From: Antedon mediterranea
Taxonomy: Eukaryota > Animalia > Echinodermata
NCBI RefSeq assembly: GCF_964355755.1
Contig: NC_092679.1
Span: 6,354,201 to 6,418,200 of the forward strand
Length of the DNA stretch: 64,000 nucleotides
Direction of reading: 5' to 3'
Below, one piece after another: positions 30,101 through 42,100 of this stretch. The translations under genes were made by a program, and so were the position numbers. Within the stretch, counting starts at the first letter, position 1, and each line of letters starts with the position of its first letter. The notes under the pieces were generated by a model. The model was not told the origin of the DNA. It did not search any database and saw only the letters and a list, made by a program, of their open reading frames with translations.

Positions 30101-33100
30101 AGGATTGGCATGGGACACTCTGGTTAATTTATTGTCAAGATAAATGATGGCAATCTCTATCTCTTTCCAAGACGGGATATATTTTTATTATGTTATTTGT
30201 GAACGGAAATCAATTTTGAGGTTACAATTTGTCCTTGTTAATGTTAAATTGTACAGTGAGGACTAAAGGTATGTTCACACAGAGAGTGAACACAATTTAG
30301 ACCGGTACAATTTGTCCTTGTTAATGTTAACTGATTGAGTAGTGAAGATTATATAAAAGTCTGTTCACACTTAATCTATTGGTTTTTGTCCTGTGTTTCC
30401 TGTGAGGTACACGTTGCGTTCACACTAAGATTTTAATAATCTTATGGTCAACAGTTCGTCCTTATTTTGAACACCAAATAATTAATAATTTATCTGTAAC
30501 AGATTAGCGATTAATATTTACTTAATTTTGACAGTTTAAGAAAATCATTAGTAAGTATATCATTTATTATTTTCGCATATTTTTTTTGTTTACAGATATT
30601 AACGAATGTTCCACCGATGTTGATTTATGTGGAAAGGAAGCCAACTGTGTGAACAACCCAGGATCATACAGATGTGTCTGTCCAAATGATTTACAGTTTG
30701 ATTTTCAATCAAAGAAATGCCATTGTAAGTTAAGGGGAATTATACACATTAGAATTCTTCATATGGGACATTTCTATTGATAAATAAAGAGAAACTTTCC
30801 TGAAATGAGTGGCAATAACCTCTATTAAGAAGAAACTGTTTGGTTCTGAAGGTGTCCCCTTAATAGGGTTTCCACTGTATTATTGATGTCCTGAACTAGA
30901 TTTTCAGAATTTGGTGTAGTTACAAGAGCTATCACAATTTTCTATTTGAATGCTTTCTAATCATTATCGTTATCTATTTTACAGCATTAGACTCTGAGGA
31001 ACGCAAGATGTGTTTTGCCGACATTACTGACGCGGAGTTGTGTGAACAAGTTATCAGTAATAATGCAACACGACAGGAATGCTGTTGTACTATCGGCACT
31101 GGCTGGGGTGACGATTGCGAATTTTGGCTTTGTCCTCTCTCAAATACAGGTAATGAAAGCCACAATTACAAATTACCCTTTCAATCATTCATTTATTTTT
31201 GCTGGCATTTTCACCCTTTTTTATTAACGACCATCCTATTTCTTTATCTTTCATCTTCTTTTTTCGTATTCTGAGAAACTTTTTTTTGTTGTCCCATGTT
31301 GGTGAAAGAACAGATGTACATATAGGCATGAGTACAGGTGGGACTAAAATTCAATGACCCCAGAGAATGCGCAAGTGAATTGGGAATAAGGATATACACC
31401 CAGGAATTCAAAGTCATCTCTGGTTTATATCGTTTTATTTGTTATATTTCTAAAAACATCTGCAACCTTTCTTTGCCATCATATCTACTTATCGTCTTAT
31501 CGTCTTAGATTTCCTTTTGACATGTGTCAATCTTTACGAGATGTCAAACTTTATGTCAATGTTTACTGTTATCCCAGTCTACTTTCATAAGGAATTGGGA
31601 GAGACGAAAAAAGTGGTTCAAAGTATATTATCCCTCAATCACAAACGTTTGCTCTTATCTGCTATTATTTATTTACAGAGGAGTTCAAAAAGATATGTCC
31701 TAATGGGCGTGGTCGAAAGACGGTTGTTAACCCAGAAAGACAGTCTACGTCGGACCAGTCAATTTATATTGACAGTGGCGCTTTCGCTGGTGATCCTAAA
31801 TATATGTCTGAACGAGGTAAGTCAAATACGTAGATAAACACCAATGATTGTAAAATTAGATGATATAGGACACTGCCTTAATGTATTGTTAAAAATAACG
31901 GCACATTTACACAGAAAAGCGGGAATGCCAGCGGAAAACTGTGTGTCCTATGTAAAATCGCCTGACGTCCGCTCCATGCTTTGTGTAAATGGTCATAAAG
32001 GAATCACATCTATATTTTTGTTAGTGTCAACACTCGTCTACAAATTGACCTTGATACTGTTAATCTGCATAGTGTAATTAAAATTGCGATGCTGCTTTTC
32101 ACAGGTGTTGATGAGTGCAAAACCTTCCCTTCAATATGCGGTACCGGTATGTGTGTTGACACGCCCCTCAGCTACAAGTGCACCTGTCCGGGAAGGCACT
32201 ACTTTGATATGAAGCAAAAGGTGTGTTTACGTAAGTAAATGTTTATTTTTTATCAAATGTTGCATGTCCCAGGGAGTTGTAACTCTCTGGTATGGTCCAT
32301 ACTATTTTCGTCACTGTCCACATGTCTATGGGCATTTATTTATTATACTGGGTGACCTTTTCAGTACAGCACTTTGCCCACAGAAAGCCCAGTTCAGAAC
32401 TAAAAGAATTGGATACACAATACACCACCATCCAGCACACATAATTTACAGTATAGCTGCCATTCTAAATCTTAGTTTCTCAGAATAAAAAACCCTTCTA
32501 ACACAGATTCAGATTATTAAGGACATTGTTTTAAGCCACTCTTCTGTAAAATGCATCCAAATATCTCTTTCTAAATGTAAATGATTTTATAAATTTGTTT
32601 TTCTATTAATATTAATAATTCATTTCTATTTTTTCAGAGGAAAACGAGTGTTTTAAATACCGCGGCATCTGTGGAAATGGAACATGTATCAACACGGATA
32701 AAAGTTTTTTCTGTAAATGTCCGCCCAACTATGCCTTTGATAATGCAGGCCGCATGTGTAAACCAGTGGACTTGTGCGCTAATCACCGATGTGGAGATGG
32801 AGAATGCGTAGTAACGAATGGCGTTGCTACGTGTCAGTGTCAAGAAGGCTACAGGCATAGCAGTGTACTGGGCTCTTGTCAAGGTATATCTAGTTTGCTG
32901 CTGTGGTTTTCTAGTTAAGACACCCTGTGTTTTAGACAGAATTTATCAAGAAAAACAATTCACAAAGAAACTTATTACTATTATTTGCATGTAATGTATA
33001 TTACTTACTAACTTTACGATTGAATGGTGTAAGGTTTTAAGTCGAAAATTAATTACAGATAGAAACAGAATAACGTACAACGTGTGCGCAGTGTGTTGGA

Positions 33101-36100
33101 CGTTTGATTACTGATCATGAGATCGAAGTTTGAATCCAACTCTCGCTGCATTGCTTGTATCCTTTGGCAAGATACTTTACTTACATTTGCCTCTCTCCAC
33201 CCAGGTGTATAAATAGGTACCCAATTAGATCAAGACACAACTTTGCGCTGATTACTAGCTGCATGGGCATATGTTTCCGTAGGTGTTTGCCCCCAAAAAA
33301 TGACTGGAGTAATAATGCGCTTAGAGGTTTCACAACAATAGGCGCTATATAAATCCAGGATATTATTATTATTAAACAAGTACCATCCTCATTACCATGC
33401 ATGGTATATTCTATCAACAATTACAAATGATCTTTTGTGTTTGTAGATATTAATGAATGTAATGAACAAGCAGACATTTGTGGTAATGGTACATGTGTCA
33501 ACAGACTGGGTGAATACAAGTGCTACTGTCCCAAATTCTATGAATTTAATGAACAACTTAGGGCTTGCAAAGGTATGTATGTATGTAAAGCATTGCAATT
33601 ATTGCCTTAGTTTAATAGTAAACAGAAAATATTAATATTATAATTGCTCAATTTTGAGATATGTGATTCAATATTCAAGAAATGTTATTGCTGTTTTGTT
33701 TATTTGTTTTATTATATTATACTAATACATACTAATTATATTATACCTGTGTTTAATTATAGTATATCTGCAGCAATAGAAATCGCACAGATACCCAATT
33801 TTGTGGACAAAACAAGAAAAAAAAACAAATATTTATTATTGATTTTTAGTTTATTTGTTTAATTATATTTAACATGTGTGTATATATTTTATATCTGTGT
33901 TTAATTATATTATATCTGCAGCTACTGATTTCTGTAAAATAAACAGAGAAGTGTGTGGATCAGCAACGTGTCAGAATTACCAAGAAGGCCCAGGATATGT
34001 ATGCTTGTGTCCTACAAACTATTTCTTCAATGCAACAACACGTTCTTGTCAGAGTAAGTTAGCCAATAACTAAACACTAAACTGCACTGCAGAATCTTTA
34101 ATCTTAAACCTTGTCTACAATATCAAACTTTATGTGACAAAAAAATGTTATGTGCCCATATATGGACATGATGATTTCATATCACTACCATATTTTGGCA
34201 TACTTCTACAGGTACCATATTTGGGCACATCACATTTTTTTTGTCAAACTAGTTTGATAGTGTAGACAGAGCTTTACCGAGAAAGCGTATAAATATGTTC
34301 TTTTATTTTTTAATTATGTTCAACATTCCCTGTTTTTATTAGGTAATGATGTTTGTGTTCGTTTCGGTGTTGATTGCGGCAACGGTACTTGTGTTACGTC
34401 ATACGGTAGACCTGTTTGCCGTTGTGCAGAAGGATATAAATTTGAACATACTCGCAAGACATGTGAAGGTTCGTTCAATCACACAATATTTGTAGATTAT
34501 CAAATGAATCAAATCAGATAAGAAAAACTTCTTACATCTTTAGTTGTATTTAGTTTATTGATAAGATAAAATATGTAGAACCTGTGATAGCTACTGTATC
34601 ACACCAAAAACCAGGTCCATTTTGGATTATTACAAAAGGAGGTTCCTTTTTTCCACCGAAATGGAACTTGCGCTTGCTGGCTAGGATTGTCAAAAAAATA
34701 TGAGTTAGTTTTAGTTATTAGCCTAATTGACCATCATTTATGCTTCTGGTCTCAAATCAAACCTACATTATTTCTATAGTGTCCTACTGCAGTTGAACAT
34801 AATTAATATTTATGATATTTAATTTCTATGATATTTAATTTCTATCCATAACGCTTTACTTTACTTGCAAAACAACTTTAAAAGCAAAACAAGAAAACTT
34901 ACCCCAAAAAAATACAATCCAGATCCTCCACAGACAGACGTTACCAGGCTATTCAGGAAATTAAACTCGGAGATGTAATTTTGAGTTGATTGTTGATTGG
35001 ATAGATATTAGTTGGTAGGTCATTCCCGAGTTGTCCATATTTTTAGAAGTATTTATCACCAGAGTGGGTAGTGACACGTAGAACATAGGGCCTGGTAACA
35101 TCAGTGGAGGACCTAGGACCACTTCTACCTGGTACCACTTCTACCTGGTACCACTTCTACCTGGTACCACTTCTACCTGGTACCACTTCTACCTGGTACC
35201 ACTTCTACCTGGTACCACTTCTACCTGGTACCACTTCTACCTGGTACCACTTCTACCTGGTTCATACCTAATGAGAAAATATTTGATAGAGTTGCAATAA
35301 TAATGATAATCTTGATACATTACTTTCTTGAATGTTTTATGTATTTCAGTTGCTGTTATTTGTACAGCATTCCCTGATATGTGTGGTAATGGAACATGTG
35401 TATTGTTAAGATCAGGACATCGATGTGTATGTCCATCTGGATTTGAGTTTGAATCTCTTTCTAAAAACTGCTTACGTAAGTTTGAAAGAATTTACCTCAA
35501 ACCTACGAAGTTTCTCGATAACCGTTGTAGTATCTATGGCAGAAATACCACCCTCTATGTTCGGGTGATTTTTGCAAAAATAGCACCCTCTATGGGTTGG
35601 CCACACTAAAGTTACTCGATTTTTTTTTTTTCATAATTCAGTTGTTTTTTTTAAAACTTCTTTTACACTGTTTATTTCTGTAGGTATTGACCAGTGTCGA
35701 AAGTTAGAGGGAGTCTGTGGAAACGCAACCTGCACAGATTTACAAGGAATTATCGATTGCACATGCCCAGAAGGTTATGAATTTGACGCTCAATTAAAAT
35801 CATGTCTCGGTGAGTTGTTTCCGTCTTGCTTTGTTTCTTTTCCATCACAGCATTAAAAACTTCTTGCCCCTTTTTCACAGCTAAAATTTTGAAATACTAT
35901 TATTAAATAGCGTTTTCCTTTTTAGATTTTTTTTTACTAACTTTATGCTAAAAAAATAAATAAAAAAAATTATTATACTAAAACATTTATTGCATCATTC
36001 ATCAGAGTTGGGTAGTAGCCGAGAGGACAGACCCGGGTTCAACTTGGCTGAAAATGAGCATGTGGTTGAAAATACTAGAGAGGATAAGTCGAAAAGGAAC

Positions 36101-39100
36101 TGGCCATTCTACCACGTAATGTCGAGGCTTAGTAAAATGAGCTCCTAACAGCTCATTACCCTATCTTCAAAAATTAATATGAGACTACCTTTATTCATTG
36201 CAACAGTGTTATTTGGTTCCTGATAACCGATTTCTTTATATTTCAGTCTCTAACGAGTGCCAAGTTTTCCCTGGAATTTGTGGTAATGGAACTTGTCAAG
36301 ATACTCCAACACATTACGAGTGTTCGTGCCCGGCACAGCATCAGTTTGACGAGACGCTACCAGGATGTATACGTAAGTTTAATAGTTACTAAACAATTTT
36401 AATTCATTTATATATCTTAAAAATGCATGACTTTGTGTGTGTGTGTTTTTCAAACTAATACCCCTTTCATATCGCCTAAAAAATTCCTGAGTTTAAAGCT
36501 CTGTCTACACTATCTAACTTTATTTGACAAGAAAATGTTTTGTGCCATATATATACATGATGATGTCATATCACTACCATATTTGGGAATATCGCTAGCA
36601 TATTTGGGAACATTACACTTTGTTGTCAAATTAGTTTAATAGTGTAAGCAGAGCTTAACACATCCCTTCACTTTGTTACTACCGGGTATAAACAGACGTC
36701 GTTGAAATACGTATACACGGTAATACCGGGTATGAGCAAAACAATGATTTGATGGTATCTGCACAGAGGTGGGAATAATGCTCCGCAGTGAAAGGGTTAA
36801 CATCAACACCTGCATTTGATATTGGATGTAAACTTTAGTGTTTTACTAGGCAATGTGAAAGGGCTTTAAGATGCATGAAGGATTGTGTTTTACTTACTTT
36901 ATTTATTGTTCAGGTATTGGTATGTGTAAACTGTACCCATACACATGTGGAAATGCTACTTGTCTGGATGACAATGGCAAAATAGTGTGCGTCTGTCCTG
37001 CACATTATGAATTTGATACTGTCACCAATGTATGTCTAGGTATGTAGTATATTATTGTAAACATAATACACACCCTTAAAGTAAAATGGAATAATCCATG
37101 AAAATACTATAATGAGCTTTATCTACACTCTCAAACTTTATGTGACAAAAAATGTTTTTTTGTTACATAAAGTTTGATATAGTGTTACGTGTTGTTATGC
37201 ATGTTTTGATGTAATTATCTGTAGGAGAAATAATAATATCTTTTTCTTTTGAAAAAGATATTTTATTCATTGCTAACTTTAGTTTTCGTGTCGGTCTTAG
37301 CTACAATTTAAAGAAAAAAATATTAAATTGAATTATAAATACAAATGCCATGGTATAGCAGCTTAGAATAAATGTACAGTAGGAGTTTATAATTTAAAAT
37401 TATGCGTTACTATACTTGGTTTCTTTCAGCTTCCAATGAATGTTATTTGTATCCAGACGTTTGTGGGAATGGAACGTGTGTTGACCTTGTAGACGGATAT
37501 CAATGTCGCTGTAACATTGGATATGATTTTGATTATGACACAAAATCATGCATAAGTAAATATAGTTGTTTTAATTTTAACGACTTTTTATCACATTTTA
37601 AAAATTGATTGGTTAGAAATAAAAATTATTAAAGAGTAGCAGCAAGTACATCATATGTACATTTTAACAATGTTTCCTCAATGTTTTTAATATTTGCGAT
37701 TTTATTTTTGCTTAGGCCTACACAGTTTTTGTTAATAAGTACTTATCTCAGTGATAGTGTAAGTTCAAATAATACTCGGTGCTTTGTTTTTAGGATCCAG
37801 TGTTTGTAATAAAATAGTTGGCCTATGTGGTGGTAATGCCACTTGTCAGGATACCATATTTGGTCATCGTTGTCTTTGTCCAGAATATTCCTTCTACGAT
37901 CCTAACGATGAAGTCTGTAAAGGTAAGTCTATGATTAATTTCAGGAAAGTAACATCTCTGATTTATGAACTTCTCAAGTACAAATTCTCTGTTACATAAT
38001 TTCAATTCAATCTTGCTTTTTTTTTTATTTATGTTCATAGTTACAAAATCTGTTGCAGCATATAAGAAAAAACAACTATAAAGACATAAAGACATTTTAG
38101 GCTGTGTTCGGACGTAAAATCAGTTACATGTGTAACTTTACATGTGTAATCAGTGATCGTTTGGACGATGAACAATTTAAACTCGTAAACTAACAAAAAT
38201 TACCCAGCAGAGTAATATTTCATGCATCTCTTTACACTATTAAGGTCAAATTGCTTCTTATCTTGTGGTCAGCTTGTGGTTTAAGGTGTAATTGAATCTC
38301 ATGAGATGGATTTTTGAAACAGCAAGTTTAGCTCAAAATTTACACCACACGCGATCATTACATGTGTAAATTTGTTCCGTCCCAACGGGCTCGTGGAGAC
38401 ACTGGTATCAGACCATCTCATTTTGTAATAAAGCCTGGATAATTCAAATGATGATACTGTACCATAATACATTATAGAATAATACATTATAGAATATATT
38501 CTATTGCATTTTTGCCAGCAGACATTCTCTGTAACAATGAAAAGACAGATTTTCATAGATACTCCCCAAAAGACGGGACACCATTATTAACAAACATGTC
38601 ACCAGCACTGCAGTATCTAGGCAATCTTAGCAATAATATAATGCTCTGTCTACACTATCAAACTGTATGTGACTATGTGATGTGCCCATATATGGACATG
38701 ATGATGTCATATCACTACCATATTTGTGTATACTGTATCACAAATTTGTTTGTCAAACTAGTTTGATAGTGTAGACAGAGAGTGTGGTTGTAGCTACATA
38801 CCTGTAGTTTTTTTTTTGTTTTTTTTTCGTAATAAATGAGGGTGATCCATCCAGCAATTGTTGATCATTAGGGACCTTTAGAGGTTCACAAGAATGTACA
38901 CAAGATGCTCCACATAAACAAAGTTTTATTACAAGTCTTTGGGAGTGCAGTTGTAATATTTTGTCCTTAGAAAAAATCCTGACATGTGACGAGACTTGAA
39001 CCCAGGACCCTTGGAGTGGTAGCCAAGCATCATAACCACCAAGCCACAAACTCCACAAGTTCATTGTCTATATATTTTTCTTGACAGAGGAAACGCCATA

Positions 39101-42100
39101 TGATCCTTGCACACAGATACCAGACGCATGTGGGGCTGGTGCTACATGCTCGGCTGCTGATGGCCTCATAACATGTACCTGTCCATTAGATCAGGAATAT
39201 GATGTCACTTCAAGAACCTGTGTTAGTAAGTATAACCTGTAAAATTATTTATATACACATATGTTTGTGCTGCTGCCAGTTGTGTTTTTTACCACTGGAT
39301 CAGGTGTATGGATTTTACCTCAAAATGTTGGTTCCTAATTAAGAATCATAACGTAATGATCTTTCACAACTGTTCCGCACATCAAATCGTTTTCATAATA
39401 CCCCACATGGCTATGCGCTAATCGATATGCACGTTGCCGCGTGAAAACGAAGCATCGATTTGATTTGCCAGCGCCAGACCAGAACTGTACTGGTGTGAAA
39501 GACCCTTTAATCAAAACAAATTCAATTTCAACAAACATTTATTTCATCAAATGCCATACTAATAATACAGAGCATAAAAATGAGGACAAATCTAGCGGTA
39601 AACTTGTCTCAGTTGTTCTTGTGACGGTCCCTAATGATCAGCTTCGGCTGGATGGACCACTCTTATAAAATATTGTTGAAATAAAAATAAATAAAAAACG
39701 TTAGTATTCTGTAATTATCTATACAGTAAATATTTTTCTCTGTTACAGAAAACCTTGATTCGTGTATATTATTTCCTGAGATATGTGGTAACGGCACTTG
39801 TGTCAATCGTGGAGTTAGAGATTACATCTGTGAATGTCCTGCAGGATATTACTTCCAAAGTTCTGAAAATATTTGCAAATGTAAGTAACAAATTTTAAAA
39901 TTTACTATAATTACTAGTAATGTTTATAATAAGTTAAGCTCTGTCTACAAACTTTATTTGACAAAAAAATGTGATAAGCCCATATATGGACACAATGATG
40001 TCATATCACTACCATATTTTGGCACATCACACACTACTGCAGTAGTTTTATAGTGTAGACAGAGATTTACTCTTATTTCCCATGGTTTTCTTGACAGCTT
40101 TATTCCTCATAGGCTGTGTGGATGAGGGCTATCCAGTCATTTGACAAAAAAAAGTTTTTTAAACTTGTGTTTTGTTAAAATTTATAAAAGTAGTCTGTAT
40201 CTCCTAATATATTTCTTGCATCCTTAAAGGGTAATTTACACATACGGGCATTAATGATAATAAAAATATAGAATCTATGTTATTCCTTATGACCATTTAC
40301 ACACAACGCAGAGCGGACGGGTGTTTTCCGCTCAGGATAATAGATCTATTATATTAAATACAGATTTTGCGTGCGACAAGCTCTCGTCTGTGTAAATTGG
40401 CCTTAAGGCAAATATGGCAGTATTGCAACAGCCCAGACAAGTTTCTGAAATGTTACTCTCTCTTGATAATTTCTTACAGCTTCAACAGCAGCTCTTTCTG
40501 ACAGTGTGAATGAGTGTCAAATCCAAGGTGTGTGTTTGAATGGTGTTTGTTTTGACTTGCCTGATGGTTACAGATGTGATTGCTGGGAAGGCTTTATAAA
40601 AGTCGGCGACGAATGCAAAGGTAAAACGTTCAATCAAATTAATCGGCCATCTAATCTGCGATTTTTTTCTCCAATCTGAGCCCATTTTTATAAGGCCTGA
40701 GAGACCATTTCAACATTATTTTACTACAGCAGTATTATTACATTTTGTCACTCTTTAACTTGTTTATGTAATTATTCAGCTTTTGCTATCCTGAGTACTA
40801 TACACAATCAAAATGATATTTCCAGCATTGACAGTAAGCACATCTTCTAGGCCTATTGTATAATAATAATTTTACCCTACACAGTGAATGGACATTCTGT
40901 CCATGCATCTTCCCCTTAACGTCTGTCTAAATTCGCCTTAATATCATTTTTGTTTTTAACCTAACATAACGCAGCATATTTCAATTAAAGATCCTGGAGT
41001 GGTCTTTAATAGGAGGTATATATGTGTAGTTTTCAAATTTGTATCATTTTTCCGAAGCATTATCCATGTAACAAATTAAATGCCATTTGAAATGAAACCG
41101 AATGAAACATTAATATACTTTTTCATTTTTATCAATAAATAGTTTTCTTATTCATTATAATATAATTTTTCTTCAAATCTAAATGTATTGTCTATGAAAT
41201 AACAGTGTTAATGATGAAAATACAGTGACATTCAACCTCTATTAAACGGACATATTTAGAACGTAACAAAGTGATCCCTAAATAGTGGTGACCCCTGTTA
41301 AAAGGTTGGCAGTAGTGTGAATATATAATATATTACCTCGTTCGTTTCATGTTCTCAAAATAGCCATTCAGGGTATGATCAAATGGAACACTTTTCTGTG
41401 AAACAAACAAAGAACAAAATATATTTTAAAACTACGGCCAACCCCGGTTCTGCTATGGTTACAAAATTGGAAGTAAAAATTTAAATCTTAAAGGAAAGGT
41501 TAAACAATATTTTTATTATAACTTGGTGATTATTTTAAAGACAATACATTTCTAAACCATGTATGTTCTATTTTAAATAATATAATATAACATTATGATA
41601 TTTCATAAACTTAATAACCAGATGATTTGTTTAGATGTGGATGAGTGTGAGGACATAGACGTTTGCCAGTTTGGTACCTGTGTCAATGCTCCCGGTACCT
41701 TCTGGTGTGAGTGCGAACCCCCTCTACAATTGGATAGTACACAACGACGGTGCATAGGTGAGGTATTGAGTGTGAATATATATTAGAAATCCCTATGAAA
41801 TTTGTGAATTGATTTGAAAGTACAATGCAATGAAAGAAATAATAAAGTAGTATTTTCACCATTTATAATATAACGTTTAGTTTTGAGGTATAAAGACAAA
41901 ATTGACATCTGAATACAGTAATAACATTTTTTAGATTTTCACATTTACAAAAATGTTCATTACAAATTTAAATGGCTTAATTACATTATTTTGATAACAT
42001 AACAATTCTTATCTTGATAATTTATCATATCATTCAAAATTAATTTGTTAACTAATATACTGTATATATTCAGATTGAAATAAATACAGAGTATGAATTC

